From assembly GCA_965226545.1 (NCBI GenBank), contig OZ245364.1, forward strand, positions 1,067,890 to 1,131,889: DNA of 64,000 bases. Reading direction: 5' to 3'. Position 1 is the stretch's first letter. Every line of letters begins with the position of its first letter. This stretch comes from Candidatus Poriferihabitaceae bacterium (GTDB lineage Bacteria; Pseudomonadota; Gammaproteobacteria; Arenicellales; Poriferihabitantaceae). The position numbers and the translations under genes were made by a program. Positions 47,933-57,909 of the stretch are shown piece after piece. The notes below the pieces were generated by a model. That model searched no databases. It saw only the letters and a program-made list of their open reading frames with translations, and was not told the origin of the DNA.

Positions 47933-48696
47933 GCTTGGCGTTATGCATTGTGTTCGGCGTTGCGATGAGCGTCGTCGGGTTGTTGACGGCGTGCGGCGGA
48001 CGCAGCTTGGCGCCGGTCATTAATAAATCGCCGGACCGAATCATCCCGGCGACTGCGGCGGTGCAGCCGAATGATTCGATTTACAGCGTGGCGTGGCGTT
48101 ATGGCTTGGATGCCGAACGGTTAATTAAATTAAACGGTTTGCGCAAACCGTTCGCCGTTAACAACGGACAACGTCTGCGCCTGCGCGGCGCCGCAACCGC
48201 GTCGACCGGCGCCGCCAAAAAGAAATCAACCACCGCAACCAAACCCACCACCGCAACGCAAGCCAAGCCATCAACCAAAAAAGCCGCGACAAAACCGGCG
48301 ACGCGCAACTCATCGAATCGATTGCGCGCACCGCGCAAATGGCGCCGCCCGGCGCAAGGCAAAATCATCGGCGCATTCTCGCGCGCACAAGGACGCAACG
48401 GCGTGCAAATCGCCGGCAAAGACGGCAGCGCGATTCGCGCCACCGCCGCCGGCGAAGTCGTATACGCCGGCGAAGGCTTGCGCGGCTACGGCAAGTTAAT
48501 CATCGTCAAACACTCCGCCGATTTTTTAAGCGCCTATGCGCACAACCGAAAAATTTTGGTGGGCGAAGGACAAAACGTTCGCGCCGGCCAACAAATCGCG
48601 CAAATGGGCAACAGCGGCGCAAAACGCACAATGCTGCATTTCGAAATCCGCAAAAACGGCAGCCCGGTCGACCCGTTGAAGTATTTGCCGAAGTGA
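47926..48696 (+). CDS. nlpD: Murein hydrolase activator NlpD (LysM + M23 peptidase-like lipoprotein)
   Basis: Lipobox LLTACGG, LysM segment VQPNDSIYSVAWRYGLDAERLIKLNGL, a low-complexity linker, and an M23 domain (NGVQIAG ... YGKLIIVKH ... LSAYAHN ... LHFEIRKNG). Confidence 0.92.
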   Translation: MKRLALCIVFGVAMSVVGLLTACGGRSLAPVINKSPDRIIPATAAVQPNDSIYSVAWRYGLDAERLIKLNGLRKPFAVNNGQRLRLRGAATASTGAAKKKSTTATKPTTATQAKPSTKKAATKPATRNSSNRLRAPRKWRRPAQGKIIGAFSRAQGRNGVQIAGKDGSAIRATAAGEVVYAGEGLRGYGKLIIVKHSADFLSAYAHNRKILVGEGQNVRAGQQIAQMGNSGAKRTMLHFEIRKNGSPVDPLKYLPK

Positions 48697-48771
48697 GTTG
48701 TGGTTGGGGGGCAAAGTAAATTGGTTTTTAATTGGTAACTAAATATTAACCTGACTTTTGCGAGGCATTAA

Positions 48772-48999
48772 ATGAATATTGCAGAACTGAGACGAGAGAT
48801 TAAGTTTGCGAAAAAACACCGCCGCAGTCGCGCGGCGTTCGGCAGCATCATTCGTCGCCATTACGATGAAATAAGTAAGATGACTCCGGACGAGAAGAGA
48901 CGATTTATTGCGGCGCTTGGGTCTCCGTCCACTTACTACACTGAACTGCAAAAAGAGTTGAATGTGGTTAAATACAACGCTTGGCGCGCACGCCAGTGA
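48772..48999 (+). CDS. Hypothetical basic 75-aa protein
   Basis: Lower-GC ORF (MNIAELRREIKFAKKHRRSRAAF...). Its stop overlaps a possible GTG start of the next gene (GTGA at 48996-48999). Confidence 0.4.
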   Translation: MNIAELRREIKFAKKHRRSRAAFGSIIRRHYDEISKMTPDEKRRFIAALGSPSTYYTELQKELNVVKYNAWRARQ

Positions 49000-50009
49000 A
49001 CTTACAAAACACCCTCACCCAATTCCCGCGCGCCGCATTGGTCACGCAACCAACGCCGCTCGAGGCGTTGCCACGGTTGTCGATGCAGTTTGCGCCGCAT
49101 CAATTTTTTGTCAAGCGCGACGATTGCACCACATCGGCGATGGGCGGCAACAAGGCGCGGCAGTTGGAATTTTATTTGGGCAAAGCCTTGGCCGACGGTT
49201 GCGATTGCGTGCTCGGCACCGGCGCGGTGCAATCCAATTACATGCGCCTGCTTGCGTCCGCCGCCGCGAAGTTGCGTTTGGAATGTTATGTGCAATTGGA
49301 ATCGCGCGTTGCCAACTTTGATGCCGATTATCAACATTCGGGCAATGTGTTGCTCAATCATTTGTTGGGCGCGCGGGTTGCGCGCTATCCGCACGGCGAA
49401 GACGAAGCCGGCGCCGATGCGGCGTTGATGGCGCGCGCCGAACGATTGTCGGCGGACGGCAAAAAGCCGTATGTGATTCCGCTCGGCGCAAACCACGCGC
49501 CACTTGGCGCATTGGGCTATGTGCGCGCCGCGCATGAATTGACGGCGCAATTGCGCGCGCAACAAATGCGCATCGATTTAATCGCGGTCGGTTCCGGCAG
49601 CGGCATGACGCATGCCGGCTTGTTGGTTGGTTTGCGCTTGCTTGGCGTGACGACGCCGCTGCTCGGCGTATGCGTGCGCCGCAATGTCGAACAACAACAC
49701 GCGCGCGTGCTGTCGCATTGTCGCCGCTTGGCAACGATGCTCGACGCCGATGCGGTAGACGCGGATGAGGTGTGGGTCGACGACACCGTACTCGCCCCGG
49801 GCTACGGACGCGCATCACAACAAGTGCGCGACGATGTGCGCATGCTGGCGCGTCAATGCGGCTTGCTGACCGACCCGGTGTATTCGGGCAAAACATTTTC
49901 CGCCGCACTCAACTTAATTCGCGCGGGCGATGCGGCGCGGTTTAAAAACATTTTGGTTGTGCATACCGGCGGCGTGCCGGCGTTGTTTGCTTATCGGGGG
50001 GTGTTGTAA
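48981..50009 (+). CDS. D-cysteine desulfhydrase / ACC deaminase family PLP enzyme
   Basis: PLP-lysine context KRDDCTTSAMGGNKARQLEFYL, with a Gly-rich loop VGSGSGMTHAGL. The start is either ATG 48981 or GTG 48996. Confidence 0.85.
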   Translation: MARTPVNLQNTLTQFPRAALVTQPTPLEALPRLSMQFAPHQFFVKRDDCTTSAMGGNKARQLEFYLGKALADGCDCVLGTGAVQSNYMRLLASAAAKLRLECYVQLESRVANFDADYQHSGNVLLNHLLGARVARYPHGEDEAGADAALMARAERLSADGKKPYVIPLGANHAPLGALGYVRAAHELTAQLRAQQMRIDLIAVGSGSGMTHAGLLVGLRLLGVTTPLLGVCVRRNVEQQHARVLSHCRRLATMLDADAVDADEVWVDDTVLAPGYGRASQQVRDDVRMLARQCGLLTDPVYSGKTFSAALNLIRAGDAARFKNILVVHTGGVPALFAYRGVL

Positions 50010-50060
50010 CATGGCACGCGGTTGTGCTATGCTGTTTCTATCAATCCACAGGGGGTAATC

Positions 50061-50594
50061 ATGACCGCCAAAACGAAAACCAAACCGCCTTATTTGCCGG
50101 TGCATATCGCCAACTATTTGCTGTGGTTGGCTGAAGAAGGCGGCTATAAAATCACTTCGCTGAAATTGTTGAAGTTGGTTTATTTTAGTTATGCGTGGTA
50201 TCTCAATATAACCGGCAAGAAACTGTTCGCCGAGCGAATCGAGGCGTGGCGTTTTGGCCCGGTGGTTGCGTCGTTGTATCACGAGTTCAAACGATTCGGC
50301 AGTCGTCCGATTACCGGATACGCCGAGTTTTACAACACGCCGGAGGATGATACGCCGCAATATTTAACGATTGATGGCGACGACAAAACGTCGTGGGCGA
50401 TTGTTTACGCGGCGTGGACGCATTACAAGGATAAATCCGCGTTTGAATTAACCAACCTTACGCATGCGGTCGATTCACCGTGGCATGAGGTTTATAAGCC
50501 GGGGCAAAACAAACCGTTGAACGACAAAAAAATCGCCGCGCATGTGCAAAAGGCGGTTGACGAATATATCGGCAAAATCAAACAGGCGGCGTAA
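50061..50594 (+). CDS. Panacea (DUF4065) domain protein, putative antitoxin
   Basis: ITSLKLLKLVYFSYAWYLNITGKKLFAERIEAWRFGPVVASLYHEFKRFG matches the DUF4065/SocA-type signature (KLxKLxYF ... AWxxGPVxxxxY). GGGGG RBS upstream; low G+C. Confidence 0.8.
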   Translation: MTAKTKTKPPYLPVHIANYLLWLAEEGGYKITSLKLLKLVYFSYAWYLNITGKKLFAERIEAWRFGPVVASLYHEFKRFGSRPITGYAEFYNTPEDDTPQYLTIDGDDKTSWAIVYAAWTHYKDKSAFELTNLTHAVDSPWHEVYKPGQNKPLNDKKIAAHVQKAVDEYIGKIKQAA

Positions 50595-50890
50595 TGGCGA
50601 ATCAAACGGAAGAGATGCTGGTCGCCAGCGCACCGGGAACAATCAAACCGCAAAGCGTCGCGTTGCAAAGAAAGCAACACCAATTCGAATACGAAAAACT
50701 TTACGATAAATTGATGTATCGAGTGATTGTCGTGAGTTTAATTGGTTGCGGCGCGCTTGCCATCGCTTACTTCATTTTGTTGGCGTTCGAGCCGGTCGTC
50801 GCTGAGGCGCTTTTTGTCTTTTTAAAATACTACAGCACCTTGATTATCGGCGGTGCCTTGGGCGCGCTGTTTGCGCGTGTGCGCGCTTGA
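50594..50890 (+). CDS. Small 2-TM protein, candidate toxin partner
   Basis: The ATG overlaps the upstream TAA (TAATG). The protein has a 45-aa polar head and two hydrophobic helices (VIVVSLIGCGALAIAYFILLAF, YYSTLIIGGALGALFA). Confidence 0.5.
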   Translation: MANQTEEMLVASAPGTIKPQSVALQRKQHQFEYEKLYDKLMYRVIVVSLIGCGALAIAYFILLAFEPVVAEALFVFLKYYSTLIIGGALGALFARVRA

Positions 50891-50939
50891 TGCAATCAAA
50901 CTGCGCCGTCCAAACTTCATTAAGTTAACAGCCACCCCA

Positions 50940-51962
50940 ATGAACCTCCCCACCGCCATCCGTCAAGTCGCCGCCGGCGAGTCGCTCAGTCGCGAGGCGA
51001 TGCGCGCGGTGATGCGCGAGGTGATGCGCGGCGAGGCGAGCGACGGGCAGATTGGCGCGTTGTTGACGGCGTTGGCGATTAAGGGCGAAAGTGTCGATGA
51101 GATTGTCGGCGCGGCGACGATTATGCGCGAGTTGGCGGCGCGCGTCGAAGTTGCCGCCAAACCGGTGACCGATTCGGTCGGCACCGGCGGCGACGGCGCG
51201 CGGTTGTTTAATGTATCGACGGCGAGCGCGTTGGTCGCGGCCAGCGCCGGGGCGGTGATGGCAAAGCACGGCAATCGCGCCGCCACCGGCAACTCCGGCA
51301 GCGCCGATGTATTGGAAGCGGCCGGGGTCAACATTAATCTCACCGCCGAACAAGTCGGGCAATGCATCGCGCAATGCGGCGTCGGTTTTTTGTTTGCGCC
51401 GAATCATCACGCGGCAACGCGCCATGTGGTCGGCGTGCGCCGCGAGATTGGCGTGCGCACGATTTTTAATTTGCTCGGCCCGCTGACCAATCCGGCGTCG
51501 GCGACGCATCAATTGGTCGGCGTGTTTGCGCAACGTTGGTTGCGTCCGCTGGCTGAAGTGTTCGGCGCGCTCGGCAGCGTGCATGCGTTGGTGGTGTGTT
51601 CCGACGACGCCCTCGATGAGATTTCCATCGCCGCGCCGACGCAAGTCGCCGAGTATCGCGACGGTGCAGTGCGTGAATATGAAATCACGCCGAGTCAATT
51701 CGATGTGCAAATCCAATCGTTGGATTCATTGGTGGTCTGCGACGCCGCGCACAGTTTGCGTTTGATTCGCGATGCGCTTGGCGGTGCGCGCGGTGCGGCA
51801 GGTGACATGATTGCGCTCAACGCCGGCGCGACGATTTACGCGGCCGACTTGTGCGATTCGCTCGAGGACGGCGTGGCGCGCGCGCGTGAAATTCTTGCCG
51901 ACGGCGGCGGCTTGGTTAAGTTGGATGCGTTGGTGAAATGTTCGCAACAATTCGCATCTTAA
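50940..51962 (+). CDS. trpD: Anthranilate phosphoribosyltransferase
   Basis: Motifs GQIGALLTALAIKGES, DSVGTGGDG, FNVSTASALVAA, KHGNRA and NLLGPLTNPA. Confidence 0.95.
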   Translation: MNLPTAIRQVAAGESLSREAMRAVMREVMRGEASDGQIGALLTALAIKGESVDEIVGAATIMRELAARVEVAAKPVTDSVGTGGDGARLFNVSTASALVAASAGAVMAKHGNRAATGNSGSADVLEAAGVNINLTAEQVGQCIAQCGVGFLFAPNHHAATRHVVGVRREIGVRTIFNLLGPLTNPASATHQLVGVFAQRWLRPLAEVFGALGSVHALVVCSDDALDEISIAAPTQVAEYRDGAVREYEITPSQFDVQIQSLDSLVVCDAAHSLRLIRDALGGARGAAGDMIALNAGATIYAADLCDSLEDGVARAREILADGGGLVKLDALVKCSQQFAS

Positions 51963-51984
51963 TCGTCCGCGTTAATCGCCTGCT

Positions 51985-52905
51985 TTAATCACGCACTTTA
52001 ATCGCGCGGCGTTGCACAAAATAAACGCCGACCAACACCAACGCCAGCGCAATCAACATGCGAAACTGCAACACCTCGCCCAACAACAACACGCCCCACA
52101 AGCCGCCGAGTATCGGCACCGCATAATTGATTTGCGAAAAAGTGGTCGCGCCAAGATTGCGAATAACGCGAAAATAAAGCAGGGCGGCGAGCGCGGTTTG
52201 GAATACGCCGAGCGCGGCCAACGCGCCGAGTTGCGCGAAGGTTGGCGTCATCGAAAACGGGTCTTCCAAATAAAACGCCGGCACAATGCTAATCAACATT
52301 GCAGCCAGCACCGCGCCGGTCGCCATCTGCAGGCCGGGGAAGGGCGGTTGGGTGCGCACAAACACGGTGGTCACGCCATAACAAATCGCCGCGCTTAACA
52401 CCGCCAACTGCCCGAGCACATGCCCGCCGCCAATGCCGGCGAGCGCCGACCAGCCGATTAAGGTGAGCAAGCCGCCAAGCCCAAGGCAAACGCCGAACAC
52501 CGTGCGCGCGCTCATCGGTTCGTCGGGAACAAAAAAATGCGCGAGTACGAAAGTAACAATCGGCATCGCGCCAATCATAATCGCGGCGAGCGAACTGTCA
52601 ATATGCGTCTCGCCCCAACTGATTAAGGTAAACGGCAACGCGTTGCCCATCACGCCGACCACCAAATACAACAACAACGCGCGCCGATGCAACGGCAAGC
52701 GACCGTTGCGCGCGCGCATGAACAACCACAAGATGAGTGCCGCAATTGTCAATCGCGCGCAAGTCAACGTTGCCGGGCCAATGCCGCCGACGCCGATTTT
52801 GATTAACAAAAAAGACGCGCTCCAAATCATCGCCAAGCAAAACAAGAAAAAATAATCCGTGATGTGTTGCGACGGTTTTATTCGTGTTGGTTTTATTAAC
52901 GGCAT
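51985..52905 (-). CDS. DMT-superfamily (EamA) transporter
   Basis: 10 hydrophobic helices in two EamA-like halves. Confidence 0.8.
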   Translation of the reverse strand: MPLIKPTRIKPSQHITDYFFLFCLAMIWSASFLLIKIGVGGIGPATLTCARLTIAALILWLFMRARNGRLPLHRRALLLYLVVGVMGNALPFTLISWGETHIDSSLAAIMIGAMPIVTFVLAHFFVPDEPMSARTVFGVCLGLGGLLTLIGWSALAGIGGGHVLGQLAVLSAAICYGVTTVFVRTQPPFPGLQMATGAVLAAMLISIVPAFYLEDPFSMTPTFAQLGALAALGVFQTALAALLYFRVIRNLGATTFSQINYAVPILGGLWGVLLLGEVLQFRMLIALALVLVGVYFVQRRAIKVRD

Positions 52906-53016
52906 GATTTTTTTTGATGATGGTTGCGCGCGCCAACATTAACAAAACGGTCGCTACGCAATTGCACAAAATGGTGTAAAGTATTATGCCACTTGCAATC
53001 CAAGCGCGAAGCAACA

Positions 53017-54078
53017 ATGTCCGGCAACACCATAGGGCAACAATTCACCCTGACCACCTACGGCGAAAGTCACGGCGCATGCATCGGCGGCGTGGTCGAT
53101 GGTTGTCCGCCGGGCATGGCGTTATGCGCCGATGATTTGCAAGCCGATTTGGATAGACGCAAGCCGGGGCAATCCAAATACACGACGCAACGCAATGAGA
53201 CCGATAGCGTCGAAATTCTCTCCGGGGTGTTCGAAGGCGAAACCACCGGCACGCCCATCGGCTTGCTGATTAAAAACATCGATGCGCGCAGTCGCGATTA
53301 TGAAAAAATCAAAGACCGCTTCCGCCCCGGACACGCCGATTACGCTTATTACAAAAAATACGGACGGCGCGATTATCGCGGCGGCGGGCGGTCATCGGCG
53401 CGCGAAACCGCAATCCGCGTCGCCGCCGGCGGCATCGCGCGCAAATATTTGGCGGAGCATTACGGCATCACCATTCGCGGCTGCGTTTGTCAAATTGGCG
53501 AGATGCACATCGCGCATAAAAGTTGGGATGCGGCGCGCGCCAATCCGTTTTTTGTCACTGACGCTTCGCAAGTCGACGCCCTCGCCGCCTATATCGACAG
53601 CATCCGCCGCGAAGGCGATTCGATTGGCGCGGCGGTGTATATCGAAGCGCGCGGCGCGCCGCCCGGTTGGGGCGAGCCGGTGTTCGATCGTCTCGATGCC
53701 GACATCGCCAAAGCGATGATGAGCATCAACGCCGCCAAAGGCGTCGAAATCGGCGCGGGGTTTGCAAGCGTGGCGCAACGCGGCAGTTATCATCGCGACC
53801 AAATGAACGCGCGCGGCTTTTTAAGCAATCACGCCGGCGGCGTGTTGGGCGGCATCTCCAGCGGGCAACCCATCGAAGTCAAAATCGCCTTCAAACCCAC
53901 CTCGAGCATCGCCGCCGCGGGACAAACCGTCACCATCGACAATCAATCGGTCGATGCGACAGTCACCGGTCGCCACGACCCATGCGTCGGCATTCGCGCG
54001 GTGCCGATTGCCGAGGCGATGTTGGCGTTGGTGCTTATCGACCACGCCTTGCGCGACCGTGCGCAGAATGTGCGGTGA
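53017..54078 (+). CDS. aroC: Chorismate synthase
   Basis: Start [20 protein letters not shown]. Motifs [18 protein letters not shown] and GRHDPCV. Confidence 0.96.
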   Translation: MSGNTIGQQFTLTTYGESHGACIGGVVDGCPPGMALCADDLQADLDRRKPGQSKYTTQRNETDSVEILSGVFEGETTGTPIGLLIKNIDARSRDYEKIKDRFRPGHADYAYYKKYGRRDYRGGGRSSARETAIRVAAGGIARKYLAEHYGITIRGCVCQIGEMHIAHKSWDAARANPFFVTDASQVDALAAYIDSIRREGDSIGAAVYIEARGAPPGWGEPVFDRLDADIAKAMMSINAAKGVEIGAGFASVAQRGSYHRDQMNARGFLSNHAGGVLGGISSGQPIEVKIAFKPTSSIAAAGQTVTIDNQSVDATVTGRHDPCVGIRAVPIAEAMLALVLIDHALRDRAQNVR

Positions 54079-54084
54079 CCTGAA

Positions 54085-56118
54085 CTATTTGCGTCGATAA
54101 TCCACGTCGATGCCCGGTTGCCCGAGTGCGCGGGCGAGGTGGTGTGCCGAGAAAATCGCGTGCGCAATAAGCCCCGGCGCTTCGCAATCGCCGATGCGAT
54201 GCACTGATGCATTGTTGTTGATGTCGGCGGCGGCGAGGGAATGATAGAGGTTATCGTTGGGAATTCTTGAGGCAACCATCACGATGCATGCGGCGTCAAA
54301 GCGGCGACTTTCACCGCTGTCGGCGCAGTTAAATTCCGCGATTGCGCCATCGACATCGAATGCGCGCAATGTCAGCGCACATTCCAACCGCACGCCGAGT
54401 TCGCGCATGCGTTTTCGCAATCGGTCTTGTTCCAATGTCAGCCGCGTCCAGCGGGCGAAATCGCGGTGCGGCGTGATGATGCTCGTCGCCACTCCATCGC
54501 CGCGCAGTTTTTCCGCAAGGGCGGCGGCGAGATAGCCGCCGTCATCGTCATAGATGATTGTCGGGCCGGCCATCGTTGCGCCGTCCAGCACATCGTCCGG
54601 GGTGAATACGCCCTGTTGGCTGGCGAGCGGCGGCGTTCGGTGCCGGCGCCCGACGCCGTCTCGATGCCAGGTTGCGCCGGTCGCGCAGATAATATGCTGC
54701 GCGCCGAATTCGGCGGCATCGTCGGCGGTCATCGGCGACGCCGGATAAAGCGCGACATTCGCCATCTTCTCGATTTGCGCAAGTCGATAGTCGCGCACGC
54801 GAATCCATTCGTGCAAGCCGGGCAATTTCGATTCGCGCAACACGCGCCCGCCGAATTGATGCGCGCGTTCGGCCAGCGCAACTTCATAACCTCTGCGCGC
54901 GAGGGTAAGCGCGCATTCCAACCCGGCCGCGCCGCCGCCAATGATGAGCGCGCGCTCGTTGGGTGCATCTTGCGCGATATATTCAGGATGCCAGCCGCGC
55001 CGCCACTCTTCCATGATGGTCGGGTTTTGCGTACAGCGCATCGGGGTGAAACTGTTTTCGCCGGCGACGCAAATATTGCAGCCGATGCATTCGCGGATAT
55101 CCGCTTCGCGCCCTTCGTCAATCTTGCGCGGCAAAAACGGGTCGGCAATCGACGGGCGCGCGGCGCCGATAAAATCCACCACCCGCCGTTTGATTTGCGC
55201 CAACATCGTATCCGGCGAGGTGAAACGCCCGACGCCGACCACCGGTTTTTTGGTCACCGATTTGACGAATGCGATGTGTTGTTCCTCATGCCCCTCGGGC
55301 GCAAAGCGTGAAGTGGCCGAATCATGCGCCCAGTCGTTTACGGTCACATCCCATAAATCCGGTTCCTCGGATTGCGATTCGATTAAGTCGCGCACTTCGT
55401 TGATGTCCACGATGGCGCTTTCGCCAAAATCGGCGACCGCGATGCGCACCGCAACGGCGCATCGGTTGCCGACTGCGTCCTTGGTGTCGGCGAGCAATTC
55501 GCGAAACAATCGGCTGCGGTTGGCGAAACTGCCGCCATATTCATCGGTGCGGTCGTTTAACGTTGTCGACAAAAACTGCGACAAGATGGAGTTGTCGTGC
55601 AAAAAATACACATAGACGACGTCAAAATCGGCCTGCTTGGCGCGCAATGCGGCGTCGCGATGGCGGCGACGCAACTCGCGGATGTCGCGTTTATCCATCG
55701 CGCGCGATTGGCGCGGGTCGATTGATTCAAGCGTCATTCGGCTGCTCGGGCCAAGCGGCGGGCGGCGGGTGGTGCGGTTGGCGGCGGCGATGCCAAAGTG
55801 CGCGAGTTCGCAACCGGCCAATGCGCCGTGCCGGTGAATCGCTTCGGTAACCGCCGCTTGCGCCGGCAAATCATGCGACGACCACAGGCGCGGTTGGGCA
55901 AACGGGCTGATGTCGCTCCATGCATCGGCCATTAAGTTTTCGGTGCACACCACGCCCCAGCCGCCTTCGGCTTTGACCGCGCGCATGCCGGCGGTAATCT
56001 GAGGCGAAGCGTCGCCGACGCCGTTGCAGTGCGGCACTTGGTAAAACCGATTGCGCGCGGTTACCGGGCCAATCGCCACCGGTTCAAACAGCGGGTCGTA
56101 GCGGGGGTTGCGGGGCAT
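54085..56118 (-). CDS. Trimethylamine/dimethylamine/histamine dehydrogenase-family flavoprotein (OYE-like FMN domain + 4Fe-4S + ADP-binding domains)
   Basis: N-terminus YDPLFEPVAIGPVTARNRFYQVPHCNG, with a Cys at the position of the FMN-linking Cys of TMADH. Cluster motif CIGCNICV and dinucleotide fold IIGGGAAGLECA. Confidence 0.8.
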   Translation of the reverse strand: MPRNPRYDPLFEPVAIGPVTARNRFYQVPHCNGVGDASPQITAGMRAVKAEGGWGVVCTENLMADAWSDISPFAQPRLWSSHDLPAQAAVTEAIHRHGALAGCELAHFGIAAANRTTRRPPLGPSSRMTLESIDPRQSRAMDKRDIRELRRRHRDAALRAKQADFDVVYVYFLHDNSILSQFLSTTLNDRTDEYGGSFANRSRLFRELLADTKDAVGNRCAVAVRIAVADFGESAIVDINEVRDLIESQSEEPDLWDVTVNDWAHDSATSRFAPEGHEEQHIAFVKSVTKKPVVGVGRFTSPDTMLAQIKRRVVDFIGAARPSIADPFLPRKIDEGREADIRECIGCNICVAGENSFTPMRCTQNPTIMEEWRRGWHPEYIAQDAPNERALIIGGGAAGLECALTLARRGYEVALAERAHQFGGRVLRESKLPGLHEWIRVRDYRLAQIEKMANVALYPASPMTADDAAEFGAQHIICATGATWHRDGVGRRHRTPPLASQQGVFTPDDVLDGATMAGPTIIYDDDGGYLAAALAEKLRGDGVATSIITPHRDFARWTRLTLEQDRLRKRMRELGVRLECALTLRAFDVDGAIAEFNCADSGESRRFDAACIVMVASRIPNDNLYHSLAAADINNNASVHRIGDCEAPGLIAHAIFSAHHLARALGQPGIDVDYRRK

Positions 56119-56201
56119 TGCAATACTTGCCGCCAACTGCGCAAACAAAAAATGCCGCCGCTGAAAAAATCAGCGGCGGCGTGATTGCCGCGCCATGCGC
56201 G

Positions 56202-57755
56202 TTATGCGCGCCACCAGCGTTCGGCGATGCGCATGCCGTCCAAGTCGAGATTGCCGCCCACTTGATGATGGGTGAATTTGTCGGAGTGGGCGTTGACATA
56301 GTTGGCGAACATTGGCACGAGCGTCCCGCCTTGCGCGTGGATGTAACGCTGCATCTCGCCGTACATTTCGCGGCGCTTGGCGTCGTCCAATTCGGCGCGC
56401 GCTTTAACCAGCAGTTCGTCAAACCGTGCATTGGCTTGCGCGGTTTCATTCCATTCGGCGCCGGTTCTGTGCACCACCGTGAAGATGTAATCCTCCTCGC
56501 GTCCGGCCCAGTAACTAAACGACCACGGCTTTTTGTTCCACACATTCGACCAATAGCCGTCCTTCGGTTCGCGGATGACATTGATGGTGATGCCGGCTTT
56601 GGCGGCGTGCTCTTTATACAGCACGGCGGTATCCTCGCAACCGACGAATGCGGCATCCGACGCCGACAGGTCGAGCGTAAGGTCTTGCATCCCGGCCTTT
56701 TTGAGATGATGCTTCGCTTGGTCGGGGTCGTAGTTGTGTTGCCGGAGGTCGGCGTTGAAATAACGATGTTGGCGCGAGATCGGGTTGTCGTTGCCGATGT
56801 TGCCGTAGCCGCGCAGAATTTTTTTGACGATTTCCTCGCGGTCAATCGCATATTTGAGCGCAAGGCGCACGTCGTTGTTGTCGAATGGCGCAACATTCAT
56901 TCGCATCGGGATGGTGTAATACTGCCGCCCTTCGGTGGCCGCCACAACCACGCCTTTGCGGCGCTTTAACCGGTCGACCGTTTTTAAATCGCAACGGTCG
57001 ATGTAATCCACATCGCCGGTAATTAACGCACTGGTGCGCGCGACCACATCCAAAATGGCGATGAGCACGACCGAATCAAAATACGGCTTGCCGTCGCGAA
57101 AGTAGTTTGCATGCCGCTCAGCGGCGGCGCGCACCCCCGGCTCAAAATTCTTCAACGCGAATGGCCCGGCGCCAATGCCGGAGACATCCACTGTGCCGCC
57201 GGTCGACGGCATTACCACCAGACGGAAATCGGCAAACAACAACGGCAAATCGGCGTTGCCGTCGCGCAACGTCACGTTAATGCGGTTTGCACCGGCGGCT
57301 TTGATTGAGGTAATCGCCTTCAACAGCGGCTTGGCGCCGGATTTGGAATCTTCGCCGCGGTGGTGGTTGATGGAGGCGACGACATCGTCGGCGGTCACCG
57401 TTTTGCCGTTGTGAAATTCGGCGCCGCGCACCAGTTCGAATGTCCACTGCTTGGCGCCCGGTTGCGCCTGCCAACGCTCGGCCAACATCGGCGCAAGCGA
57501 GCCGTCGGGCGCGACTTCGGTCAGCGTCGCATGCAACGTGCCGCCTAAGCCCTGGGTGAATGAGTTGGCGTAGTTCGCCGGGTCAAGCGAATCACCGGTG
57601 GCGCCGGCGCCGATGCCAAGGCGGAAATGCCCGCCGCGTTTCGGCGCCGCCTGTGCGCCAAACGACAACGGCAACGCCGCGCTTGCCCCGAGTATCGCCG
57701 ATTGCTGTAAAAATTTGCGGCGCGAAAAACCGCCGCGCAGGTTGGACTGTTTCAT
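56202..57755 (-). CDS. Family-5 (peptide/opine/nickel type) ABC substrate-binding protein with TAT signal
   Basis: MKQSNLRGGFSRRKFLQQSAILGASAALPLSFGAQA followed by an SBP_bac_5-like body. No cognate permease or ATPase genes are adjacent. Confidence 0.8.
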   Translation of the reverse strand: MKQSNLRGGFSRRKFLQQSAILGASAALPLSFGAQAAPKRGGHFRLGIGAGATGDSLDPANYANSFTQGLGGTLHATLTEVAPDGSLAPMLAERWQAQPGAKQWTFELVRGAEFHNGKTVTADDVVASINHHRGEDSKSGAKPLLKAITSIKAAGANRINVTLRDGNADLPLLFADFRLVVMPSTGGTVDVSGIGAGPFALKNFEPGVRAAAERHANYFRDGKPYFDSVVLIAILDVVARTSALITGDVDYIDRCDLKTVDRLKRRKGVVVAATEGRQYYTIPMRMNVAPFDNNDVRLALKYAIDREEIVKKILRGYGNIGNDNPISRQHRYFNADLRQHNYDPDQAKHHLKKAGMQDLTLDLSASDAAFVGCEDTAVLYKEHAAKAGITINVIREPKDGYWSNVWNKKPWSFSYWAGREEDYIFTVVHRTGAEWNETAQANARFDELLVKARAELDDAKRREMYGEMQRYIHAQGGTLVPMFANYVNAHSDKFTHHQVGGNLDLDGMRIAERWWRA

Positions 57756-57909
57756 AATGAGCACCTTTACAGTTGAGACCGGCAATTAACATACTCCGAT
57801 ATTCACATAAATTGCAAACTATCGAACGCGGCGAAAAGTCAATTCGCCGCGCAATTCACCGCGCAAATGCCGTATTGCGCGAAACACTCGGCATTGCTAT
57901 GATTCACCA

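Noticed and set aside
57786-57909. Hairpins upstream of leuC (CGCGGCGAA-N7-TTCGCCGCG; GCGCAA-N8-TTGCGC) as a leucine attenuator.
   Set aside because: There is no Leu-rich leader peptide and no T-run after either hairpin. They may simply be part of the divergent promoter region.
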